From positions 7,814,001 through 7,878,000 of the forward strand of contig NC_086109.1 of the NCBI RefSeq assembly GCF_963921235.1: a DNA stretch of 64,000 nucleotides, given 5' to 3'. The position numbers and the translations under genes were made by a program. Below the pieces are notes generated by a model. It saw nothing but the letters and a program-made list of their open reading frames with translations. It was not told where the DNA came from and did not search any database. The stretch comes from Mobula hypostoma (taxonomy: Eukaryota). This document shows positions 50,101 through 60,770 of this stretch, in pieces. The first letter of the stretch is position 1. Each line of letters opens with the position of its first letter.

Positions 50101-51670
50101 TGAGTATATTATTAAGGATGAGGTTTCAGGGTATTTGGAGGCTAATGTTAAAATAAGTCAAAGTCAGCATGGTTTCTGTAAAGGGAAATCTTACCTGATA
50201 AATCTGTTAGAGTTCGAGGAAGTAACACACAGGGTGGAGAAAGGAGAGGCAGTGGATGTCATTTACTTGGACTTTCAGAAGGCATTTGATAAGGTGCCAC
50301 ACATGAGGCTGCTGAACAAGATAAAATCCTGTGGTGTTACAGGAAAGATACTGGCATGGATAGAGGAATGACTGACAGACAGGAGGCAGTGAGTGGGAAT
50401 AAAGGGGTCCTTTTCTGGTTGGCTGCCAGTGAATAGTAGTGCTCCTCAGGGGTCAGTATTGGGACCGCAGCTTTTCACATTATTTGTCAATGATTTAGAT
50501 AATGAAATTGATGGCCTTGTGGCAAAGTTTGTGGACAATATGAAGATAGTTGGAGGGGTAGGTAGTGCTGAGGAAGGAATGCGATTGCAGCAGGACTTAG
50601 ACAAATTGGAAGAATTGGCAAAAAAGTGGTAGATGGAATACAGTGCTGGGAAATGAACACTAATGCATTTTGGTAAAGGGAACAATAGTGCAGATTGTTA
50701 TCTAATGGGGAGAAGGGTTAACATTAGAGGTGCAGAGGGACTTGAGAGTTCACATGTAAGACTCCCAAAGGGTTAATTTACAGCTTGAGTCTGTGGTAAG
50801 GAAGGCAAATGAAATGTTGGTATTTATTTCAAAGGGAATATAATATAAGAGCAAAGAGATAATGCTAAGGCATTATAAGACACTAGTCAGGCCACACTTG
50901 GAGTATTGTCAACAGTTTTGGGCCCCATATCTCAGAAAGGATGTTTTTTCATTAGGGAGAGTCCAGAGGAAGTTCATGAGGACAATTCCGAGAATGAAAT
51001 GGTTAACATATGAGGAGTATGTGACAGCTTTGGGCCTGTACTCACTAGAATTTAGAAGAATGCAGGGGGATCTCATTGAAACCTACCGAATGTTGAAAGG
51101 ACTAGATAGGGTGGGTGTGGAGAGGATGTTTCCTCAGGTGGGGGCATCCAGAACTAGAGGGCACAGCCTCAAAATTGAGGGATGACCTTTTAGAACAGAG
51201 GTGAGGAGGAATTTTTCTTTTCACCAGAGTATTGAATCTATGGAATGCTCTGCCACAGACTGCAGTGGAGGTCAAGTCCATGGGTATATTTAAAGCGGAA
51301 GTTGGTTGTTTCCTGATTGGTCTGAGCATTAAAGGATATGACAAGAAGGCAGGTGTATTGAGGTTGAGTGGGATCTCCTGAGAGAATTTACAGAGAATGT
51401 TGCAAAAATTCACCCAGTGAGCAGCAGTTCTGTGGGTGAAGGTGCTGAGGTAATGAGAGTGTTCAGAGGAGAATGGTCAGACTGGTTCAAGCTGACAGAA
51501 GGTGCCAGTAACTCAGATAACCATGTGTTACAACAGTGATGTGCAGAAGAGCATCTCTGAACGCACAACACGTCAAACCTTGAAGTGGATGGGCTTCAAC
51601 AGCAGAAGATCATGAACGTTCACTCAGTTATCAGGTATAGGAGGTATCAAATAAATTGGCCTCTAAGTGT
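47189..51670 (+). mobile_element. Tc1/mariner non-autonomous element split by the CR1 insertion (pieces 47189-47300 and 51380-51670)
   Basis: Left TIR TACACTCAGTGGCCACTTTATTAGG; degenerate right TIR ATAAATTGGCCTCTAAGTGTA; internal similarity to 7470-8003. Confidence 0.8.
47330..51375 (+). mobile_element. Near full-length decayed CR1 LINE (ORF1 zinc finger and SGNH esterase; ORF2 APE endonuclease and RT)
   Basis: ORF1 CSGCQMW...ICTRC, IVEDSIVRG, VHTGTNDIG. EN YLNMHSI..K, GITESWL, YRPPN, GDFN, GSDH. RT KSPGPDG, NYRPVRLTS, QHGF, YLDFQKAFDKVPH, PQGSVLGP. Confidence 0.95.
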
Positions 51671-52253
51671 ACGTACAATGTAGAATGCACAGAGGGCAAA
51701 TACTGAACACCGAGCAGCAGAGTGATAATGAGTAATATTCTGCTTTTATTAGAGTCATAGAGCTAAGCAGCAAGGAAACCAGCCACTGACCCACCTCATC
51801 CCTGCCAACCAATGAACTAATGGAACTTGTCTCATTGACCTGCATGGCACATATCCATCTAAACCCTTCCTATCCATGTACCTAAAGATTTAAGGATTAG
51901 CTTTACATCAAAACATCAAAACATAGCATACCTTCGACTCACTAATCCGAACCCCTATCTTTGGAACGCGATAGGAAACTGAAGCTCATGGCGGAAACAC
52001 ACACTGTCACAGCGAGAATTTACAAACTCCTTACAGACAGCAGTGAGAACTGAACCCTGGTCTGACAGTCAACACTAACTTCTACACTATCATGCCACCA
52101 AGGTATATCTATCAGAATGTCTCTTGGATGTTGTAATTGTACCTGCCTTGACCACTTTCTCTGGCAGCTCGTTCCATATACTCACTACCTTCTGCGTGGA
52201 AAAGTTGCCCCTCACATGCCTTGTGAATCTTTCCTCTTTCCCCTCCCACTTCA

Positions 52254-52940
52254 GGAGGGGAGGAGAAGATGGCGGCGTGACACAGTGCACGCGGCTGCTC
52301 CAAAATGATATCGGTATTTGTTAAGCAGGGGCCGTGCACAATCCTGATTTGATGGAGACAGACGTGAGAAGCACGGAGGAGCATCTGGAGAAACTTCTGA
52401 AATGTCTGCTTTGCTGCTGCTGCTACTGTGCGATCGAGAATCTTCAGAGAGGAAGGCCCCAAATCCTCGGCTTTGCCTATTGCCTGTTGCCGGGGCCAGG
52501 ATCAAAGCGCTCGGCAGAGATGGTGCTCGGTGCTCGGTGTCGGAGGGCTGGTCGGAGACTCGAAGTTTTCGGACGGACTCAAGAGTCGGCTGTGGTCGGG
52601 TGCTTCCAGGGTGCTGCATCGGCAAGTTTGCGGCGCTGGAGGTTCATGGCAGGAAGAGAGTTTCTCTTCCTTCTACCGTCTGCGTGAGATGATGGGACTT
52701 TCGAGAGACTTTGAGACTTTACTTACTGTGCCCACGGTCTGTTCTTTATCAAATTACGGTATTACTTTGCACTGTTGTAACTATACGTTATAATTATGTG
52801 TTTTTTGTCAGTTTTTCAATCTTGGTTCGTCTTGTGTTTCTGTGATATCATTCTGGAGGAACATTGTATCATTTCCTAATGAATGCATTACTAAATGGCA
52901 ATAAAAGAGGACTGCTAGTCCTCATAATCTAATCTAATCT
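52254..52940 (+). mobile_element. GGAGGAGAAGATGG-head retroposon, copy 4
   Basis: Head GGAGGAGAAGATGGCGGCG; tail (AATCT)3. Confidence 0.9.
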
Positions 52941-53244
52941 TTGGTTTAGGATTCCCCTATAATCTTAACTAACTCCAAGATCAATCTAACCGGTCACTTG
53001 CCATTCAGAGGTGACAGTGTAGGCACCTTGATCACAGCAGATACCGACAGACTTGCTGCACAAGTTAACATTCTCATCATCCTGTCAGGAGCCTGAAACA
53101 TTAGCCTGAGTCATCCTCAGTAAAGTGTCCAAACAGTGGGGACCTGCTCTGTGGACTTCAGTGATGAAAGGGAAAAGGCAGATGCTGGCTGGCTATTACT
53201 TCACAAAGATTAGGTACTTTGACAGAAATTTGTTTCCAAAACTG

Positions 53245-54090
53245 CCTTCTGTCTCTCTCTGTCTCTGTCTATCACTCTCCCCCTTTCTCTCCCTCTTTCC
53301 TTTTTTTCTTTCTTTCCTTCTCTCTCTCCTTCTGTCTCTCCCCTCGCTTTCTTTCTCCTTCTACGTCTCGCCCTCTTTCACACTCTCACTCTATCGCTAC
53401 CACTCTTTCCCCCATCTCTCTCTCCCCCCTCTCTTTCTATCTCTCCCTTTCTCCCTCCGTCTCTCTCTCTTTTTCCATTCATCTCTCTCTATCTCTCCGT
53501 TTCTCCATCCATCTCACGCTCTATCTCCCTGTCTCTCACCACCTCTCTCTCTTTCTTGCTCCACCTCCCTCTCTGTCTCTCCATTTCTCCCTTCATCTCT
53601 CTCTCCCTTTCTTCCTCCATCTCTCTCTCCCTTTCTTCCTCAATCTTTCTCTCTTTCGCTATCTCTCCCTTTCTCCTTCCATCTCTTTTCTCCTCTATCT
53701 CTCTATCTCTCCCTTTCTCCCATCTCTCTCTATATCTTCCTCCATCTTCCTCTATCTCTTCCTTTCCCCTTCCATCTCTCTCCCTTTTCCCCTCCATCTT
53801 TCTCTTTCTCCCCCATCTCTCTCTCTCTCCCTTTCTCCCTCCAACTCTCTCTCTCCCTGTATCTCTCTTACACGCACTCACATGCACAAACACACAGAAG
53901 TATATGTACATATGCACATTGCACACACGTGCACACCAGTTACAAACACACTCATGCACTTGAAGATATGTGTACACACACCAATATACCTACACTTTTG
54001 TACATTGTACAATGTACATTTTGTCATCACACACATAATAGCGTGTACAAACTTATGTTTGCACATGCATACACACACACACACACATCA
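53245..54090. repeat. Polypyrimidine (CT-rich) tract followed by a CA/TA-rich tract
   Basis: Direct observation; about 620 bp almost devoid of G on the plus strand. Confidence 0.95.
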
Positions 54091-54603
54091 TAGAGTCATA
54101 GAGCAAGGCAGCACAGAAACAGGCACTTCGGCCCATCTAGTCCATGCTGAACTGTTAATTATTCATAAACTTCTCAATTCAACTTCAGCCTATGCTGCCT
54201 TTTACGTAAGTTATCTTCCAAATCCAAAAAGCTTGCCATCAGCTCTATTTTCTCACACAAGGAATTTAAATCAGTCGCTAAATATGTACATACAGATTCC
54301 AATTCTTGTTCTGTATTCTGAGCATTAGTGATGTTAAAAATAGTAGTTACATTCGTGGCGAAAGATGATAATGTTTCAAAGCTCTCATTTTTAGTAAATC
54401 TACGACAACCTACCCAGGAGATTATAACTTGAAATTCCATGTTAACTTGTCAGAACAACTTGATTAAGAATATCCCACTGCTCAAAATATCTTTATGTTG
54501 ATGCAGAAACAGTTCGCTTTAGGCCACTGTGGCCTGTGGCCTAGGTCAGCTGACAAAAGCAGTCATCAGATTTGTTGTAAGTTTGCAGTGAATACAAAAT
54601 GTC

Positions 54604-55110
54604 AGCACGAGGAATTCTGCAGATGCTGGAAATTCAAGCAACACACATCAAAGTTGCTGGTGAACGCAGCAGGCCAGGCAGCATGTCTGGGAAGAGGTAC
54701 AGTTGACATTTCGGGCCGAGCCCCTTCGTCAGGACTAACTGAAGGAAGAGCTATTAAGAGATTTGGAAGTGGGAGGGGGAGGGGGAGATCCAAAATGACA
54801 GGAGAAGACAGGAGGGGGAGGGATGGAGCCAAGAGCTGGACAGGTGATTGGCAAAAGGGATATGAGAGGATCATGGGACAGGAGGCCCAGGGAGAATGAA
54901 AAGGGGGAGAGGGGGGAAGCCCAGAGGATGGGCAAGGGGTATAGTGAGAGGGACAGAGGGAGAAAAAGGAGAGAGAGAGAGAAAGAATGTGTGTATATAA
55001 ATAAATAACAGATGGGGTACGAGGGGGAGTTGGGGCATTAGCGGAAGTTAGAGAAGTCAATGTTCATGCCATCAGGTTGGAGGCTACCCAGACAGAATAT
55101 AAGGTGTTGT
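54604..55110 (-). mobile_element. Penelope-like family A, young 3' portion
   Basis: The minus strand encodes QHLIFCLGSLQPDGMNIDFSNFR*, followed by a pyrimidine-rich UTR, the hammerhead and the terminal segment. Confidence 0.9.
54700..54737 (-). ncRNA. Minimal type I hammerhead ribozyme motif
   Basis: The minus strand reads TAGTC, CTGACGA, A, GGG, GCTCGG, CCC, GAAA, TGTC, AACTG. Confidence 0.75.
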
Positions 55111-55114
55111 CCCT

Positions 55115-55633
55115 CTATATTTAAGAAAGGATATGCTGACATTGAAAAGGGTTCAGAGGAGATTCATGACACTGTTTTCCAGAATGAAAGGCTTATTGTA
55201 TGAGGACCAATTGATGGCTCTGGGCCTTTACTCGCTGGAAATTAGAAGAATTGGGGTGGGGGGGGAAATCCAATTGAAACCTATCAAATGTTAAATGGCC
55301 TAGATAGAGTGGATATGGAGAGAACGTTTCCTCAGGTGGGGGAGTGTACGACCAGAGCGCACGGCCTCAGAGTAGAGGGACATCCATTTAGGACAGAGAT
55401 GAGGAGGAATTTCTTTAACCAGAGGCTAGTGAATCTGTGGAATTCATAGCCACAGACGGCTCTGGAGGCCGAACAATTGGGTGTATTTAAGGTGGAAGAT
55501 GATAGGTTCTTGATTGGTCACGGCGTGAAAGGTTACGGGGAGAAGGCAGAAGAATAAGGCCGAGAGGGAAGTAGATCAGCCATGATGAAATAGCGGAGTA
55601 GACTCAAAGGGCAGGATGGCCTAATTATGCTCC
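55115..55633 (+). mobile_element. CR1 3' fragment
   Basis: TATTTAAGAAAGGAT...GGGTTCAGAGGAG...GAGATGAGGAGGAATTTCTT, similar to 50930-51370. Confidence 0.8.
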
Positions 55634-56322
55634 GAGGAGGAGGAGGAGGAGAAGATGGCGGCGCGCGCGTCCACCTCGGTGGTAATGTCTGTTATCTGTC
55701 AAGTAGGGGACTCTGCACAATTCTGATTTGATGGAGACAGACGTGAGAGTATGGAGAAACATCTGGAAAACTTCTGAAATGTCCGCTTCGCTGCCGCTGC
55801 TACTGCGTGGTAACTGGAATCTCCGGAGCGGAAGGCCCCGAGATCCTCGGCTTTGCGTGTTTCAGCAGCCAGGGCGAGGTCGAAGGCGCTCGGCAGAGGA
55901 TGGCGCTCAGGAGGCTGTATCGGAGGGGCTGGTCGGAGGCTCGGAGTTTTCGGACGGATGGACTCAGTGTCGGCTGTGGTCGGCTGCTTCCAAGGCATCG
56001 GCAAGTTGACAGTGCCTGGAGGTTTATGGCAGGGAGTTTCTCCCTTTTGCCGCCTGCTATCGGGGACTCGGGAGTCGATCGACTCGGGGACTTTTGAGAC
56101 TTTATTTACTGTGCCCATGGTTTGTTCTTCATCAAATTATGGTACTGCTTTGCACTGCTGTAACTATATGTTATAATGATGTGGTTCTGTCAGTGTTAGT
56201 TTTTGGTTTGTCCTGTTTTCTGTGATATCACTCCGGAGAAACATTGTATCATTTCTTAATGCATGTATGCATTTCTAAATGACAATAAAAGAGGACTGAG
56301 TGTCCTCATAATCTAAAAAAAA
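55634..56322 (+). mobile_element. GGAGGAGAAGATGG-head retroposon, copy 5
   Basis: (GAG)n followed by AAGATGGCGGCG head; closely similar to copy 3. Confidence 0.9.
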
Positions 56323-56964
56323 GGAGCAAGGTCTGTTGCCTACCTTTCCATCGTTTCATGCCTAACACTGGCACAGAGAGGGAAATATGAAGGGCTCAGG
56401 TAAACTGTGCAAGGGCTTAGCCATACCTGCGAAACCCCCTCACATCTCTACAACTCCAGCAGAACAGGAAGTGGTACAGTAGTGGTTAGCACAACAGTTT
56501 AGAGCACCAGTGAGAGAGTTCAATTCCTGCCGCTATCTCTAAGTGTTCGTACACTCTCCCCATCACCACATGGGTTTCCTCCAGCTTATCCAGTTTCCTC
56601 CCACATTCAAAAAATATCCAGGTTAGGGTTAGTGAGTTTTGGGCATGCTATCCTGGTTCTAGAAGCATCACAACACTTGCGGGCTGCCCCCAGCAAACCC
56701 TTGGACTGTGTTGGTTGTGGACACGATGTACTTGTGACAAATAAAGCTAATCTTTATAATCTTATTCCAATACTTTTCAAGTGCTTTTCATAACTGCATG
56801 GTCAAATCATAGAACGATCATCATGACATGGGCGATTACGGTCCACCCACGACCATGATGGTTCTTGGCAATATTTTCGACAGAAGTGGTTTGGCCTTTC
56901 CCTTCTCCTGGGCAGTGTCTTTACAAGACGGGTGACCCCAGACATTATCGATACTCTCAGAGAT

Positions 56965-57649
56965 CGGTTTCTTGAACTTCCAGTAATTGCATCCCACCCC
57001 CCCACCCCCCCCACCATCACCATTCCTGTTCCTGTTTCCCTTTCTCACCTCATCTCCTTATCTGCCCATCACCTCCCTCTGGTGCTCCTCCCCTTCCCTT
57101 TCTTCCATGGCATTCTACCCTCTCCTATCAGATTTCCCCCTTCTCCAGCCCTTTATCTCTTTCACCTATCGACTTCCCAGCTCTTTACTTCACCCTCCCC
57201 CTCGCCCGGTTTCACCTATCACCTACCACCTTGAACTTCGTCTTCCCCTCCCCTCCCCTTCCCTACCCCCACCACCGTTTTGCTCCAACCTTATCTTTTT
57301 CTCCAGTCCTGATGAAGGGTTTTGTCCTGAAACATTGGCTGTTTTCTCTTTTCTATAGATGTATCATTTCTTAATGCATGTATGCATTTCTAAATGACAA
57401 TAAAAGAGGACTGAGTGTTCTCATAATCTAAAAAAGGAGCAAGGTCTGTTGCCTACCTTTCCATCGTTTCATGCCTAACACTGGCACAGAGAGGGAAATA
57501 TGAAGGGCTCAGGCAAACTGTGCAAGGGTTTAGCCATACCTGCGAAACTCCCTCACATCTCTACAACTCCGGTAGAACAGGAAGTGGTACAGCATTTTGT
57601 GTGTGTTGTTTTGGATTTCTAGCATCTGCAGAATTTTTCATGTTTTCTC
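56965..57649 (+). mobile_element. Penelope-like family A 3' portion with hammerhead (CTGATGA 57309-57315)
   Basis: Pyrimidine-rich UTR, then CAGTCCTGATGAAGGGTTTTGTCCTGAAAC; TSD TACTCT(T)CAGAGAT at 56952-56964 and 57650-57663. Confidence 0.85.
57360..57592 (+). repeat. Local duplication of 56245-56479
   Basis: Near-identical 233 and 235 bp copies. Confidence 0.95.
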
Positions 57650-58019
57650 TACTCTTCAGAGATTGTCTGGCTGGCATCTATGGTCCCAAAACCAGGACTT
57701 GTGACAGGCCTAGCCGTTCACACGACCGTCCACCACCTGCTCCCATGACTTCACATGACTCTTACTGGCGGGAGGGGCTAAGCAGGTGCTACACCTTGCC
57801 CAAGGGTAACCTGTAGGCTAACGGAGGCTACGAGGGGCTTAGACCTCCTTCGGTAGAGACATATCTCCACTCCGCCACTCCATAGAAGACTTTGCAAATC
57901 ATGAGTTAGCAGACCATGATCTTTCTGCATTTCAGAACTGGGCAGTCAGCTGCCTACAGCTCGCTGCATCCTTGCAGAATTCTTTCTGTCCTCTATGAAG
58001 CAGCAGCAAGGGAAAACGG

Positions 58020-58535
58020 TCTTTATACTTTATTGTCACCAAACAATTGATACTAGAACGTACAATCATCACAGTGATATTTGATTCTGCGCTTCCCGCT
58101 CCCTGGAGTACAGATCGATAGTAAATATTAAAAATTTAAACTATAAATCATAAATAGAAAATAGAAAATGGAAAGTAAGGTAGTGCAAAAAAACCGAGAG
58201 GCAGGTCCAGATATTTGGAGGGTACGGCCCTCAGCAATCTTATCACAGTTGGAAAGAAGCTGTTCCCAAATCTGGCCGTACGAGTCTTCAAGCTCCTGAG
58301 ACTTCTCCCGGAGGGAAGAGGGACGAAAAGTGTGTTGGCTGGGTGGGTGGTGTCCTTGATTATCCTGGCAGCACTGCTCCGACAGCGTGCGGTGTAAAGT
58401 GAGTCCAAGGACGGAAGATTGGTTTGTGTGATGTGCTGCGCCGTGTTCACGATCTTTTGCAGCTTCTTCCGGTCTTGGACAGAACAACTTCCGTACCAGG
58501 TTGTGATGCACCCTAGAAGAATGCTTTCTACGCAT
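58020..58535 (-). mobile_element. Rex1-like LINE 3' fragment
   Basis: AARIIKDTTHPANTLFVPLPSGRSLRSLKTRTARFGNSFFPTVIRLL. Confidence 0.85.
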
Positions 58536-58629
58536 TTGAAAGTCGAAGTGAGCTTATAAGTACTTGGAGAGTTAATTGCACTGGCAAGTTACCGGTTGAT
58601 CAGTTTGCAGTATGTTCCCTTTAATGTGC

Positions 58630-60070
58630 AAGCTTTTACTAAGGCCATGTTTGGAATACTGCGTACAATTCTGGCATCCCTGCTGCAGGGGGCATGCCAT
58701 GATAAACGGGAAAGGGTACAACAATAAGATTTATAAAGATTTTATTGGGACTGGAGGGCTTGAGTTATAAGGAGAGGCTAGATAAGATTAAAAGATAAGT
58801 CTTATTTGTCACATGTACATTGAAACATCAAAGCATGCAGTGAGATGTGTCGTTTGCATCAACAACCAACACAGTCCAATGTGTTGGGGGCAGACCACAA
58901 TTCCGGCTTCCACATAGCATGTCCGTAACTTACTATCTTTATCCGTCATTCTTCGGAATGTGGGAGGAAACTGAAGCCCCTGAAGGAAACCTACACAGTC
59001 ATGGGGAGAACTTACACACTCCTTACAGGCAGCGATGGGAATCGAACCCTGTAGACGCATAACTGGGACTATACAGCGTTGCGCTAACTGTGACTCCATC
59101 ATGTTGCCCTCAGCATTCCTTCTTCCCTGGAAGATAGGAGGCCAAGGGGTGACCTTACAGTGGTTTTTAAAATCATGGGAGCATTGAAAAGGTGAGCGGT
59201 CACAGTCTTTTCCCCCAGGGTAGAGGAGTCTAAAACTAGAGAGTAAGGGTTTTAAGAGAGAGGAGAAAGATTATAAGGGATTTGAGGAGCACATTCCTTG
59301 AATAGTGTCTGTGTTGATTATCAGCAAGGAGGAGATATTAGAGTGTTAGTCTAGATCTTAGAAAAGATACTCTGAAAGTGGAGAGGGTTCAATGGAGGTT
59401 CACAGAAAAGATCCCAGGAATGAAAAGCTTACCATATGCAGAGCACTTGATGGCCCTGGAATTTAGAAGAATGAGGGAGGATCTCATTGAAACCTATTGA
59501 ATGTTGAAAGGTCTGGATAGAGTGGATGCGGAGAGGATGTTTCCAGTAATGGGGCAGTCGAGGACCAGAGGACACAACCTCAGAATAAAGGGATACTCAT
59601 TTAGAATGGAGGTGAGGAGGAATTTCTTTCGCCAGAGGGTGGTAAGTCTGTAGAATTCATTGCCACGGGCAGATACAGAGACCAGGTCATTGGGTGCATT
59701 TAAGGGAGAGGTTGAAAGGTTCTCACTGGTTAATCTGTTCTGTACCTCACAATACTTAAATTAAGCATTTTAGTTTGTTTATTTACATGTAATTCATCTG
59801 TAGATTTCATCCTTACTTTCTAAAGTTATTGTGTGTTATGTGTACGACAGTGCTTTACAGCCTGGTTTGGAGGCACATTGTCTCATTTGATGGTACGTAT
59901 ATAGTTAAATGACAAATAAATTGACTTGACTTGACTTGAATAGTCAGTGTGTGAAGGGTAATGGGGAAAAGGCAGGAGAATGGAGTTGAGAGAGAAATGG
60001 ATCAGCCAGGATGAAAAAGTGGAGCAGACTCGATGGGCCGAATGGCCTAATCTACTCCTACGTCTTACGG
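58630..60070 (+). mobile_element. Interrupted CR1 3' fragments with nested SINE and LINE tails
   Basis: AGAAGAATGAGGGAGGATCTCATTGAAACC and GGGCCGAATGGCCT; tRNA-SINE on the minus strand at ~58800-59110. Confidence 0.65.
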
Positions 60071-60563
60071 GAAGGAGCTCAGAGTGAATAATAAACTCAT
60101 TTTCCTTTGGCAGCTGTACTGGAAACAGAATGGGTCAGGCCCCCCTCCTCGGTAACAGGCAATTGTTCTTAAACCGTCATAAAGCAGCACACTAACAGCC
60201 CGGCGGCTAGAAATAACTAATTAACATTTACCAAAAGGAGGAATAGAAATGGAAGCAAATGGCGTCTCTCAGCAACGGGTCGTTAATGGAAAGCGCAATT
60301 CCTCACTGGTGCTTAAAAACGGCAAACCTCAGGCTGATTTGGAACACGTATAAACGTGGGAACGTGGGAAAGAATGAATAAGCTTGCAAAGTTTCCATCT
60401 TTGACACAAACTGGTCAAAACCAGAATCAAGTTTATTATCGTTGATATATGTCGTGAAATTTGTTGTTTTGCAGCAGCAGTAGAATACAAGACATAAAAT
60501 ATACTATAACTTACAATAGGATATGAAATATTCATATTTAAATAAATATAAGCCTAAATTTAA

Positions 60564-60770
60564 GCCAGCTGGTGGTGTAGAGCCATCCGCACCAGAATTC
60601 GAGGCGAGTGGTCCTGGGTTCGAATCCGGCCGGCTCCTGTGCACGCTTTCCATCCCTGCTGGACTGAGTGTCGAGCTGACAACTCGGTCTCATAAAAAAC
60701 AGACAGAAATGCTAAAGAAACAGCTAGGTTGCCACCCGAGGTGTCACAAGGCGCGGAGAGGAACAACAAA
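60564..60770 (+). mobile_element. tRNA-derived SINE inserted in a Rex1-like tail (60415-61095, minus)
   Basis: B-box GGGTTCGAATCC near 60616-60627; flanking ORF 60560..61060 has DPYHPERALFSLLPSERGYRSLK...NSFFPSAI. Confidence 0.65.

Larger units (their letters stand above)
56815..57880 (-). mobile_element. RTE/BovB-related SINE-like element split by the PLE insertion at 56965-57649
   Basis: The halves 56815-56964 and 57650-57880 match 38466-38826 colinearly. Confidence 0.75.

Noticed and set aside
53125..54328. 322-aa and 369-aa Leu/Ser/Pro/Phe-rich ORFs
   Set aside because: They are stop-free only because of the CT tract and show no domain signal.
22456..56176. Recurrent ~100-aa ORFs in the GGAGGAG-head retroposon copies
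   Set aside because: Frames, starts and stops differ among copies, consistent with GC-rich non-coding sequence.
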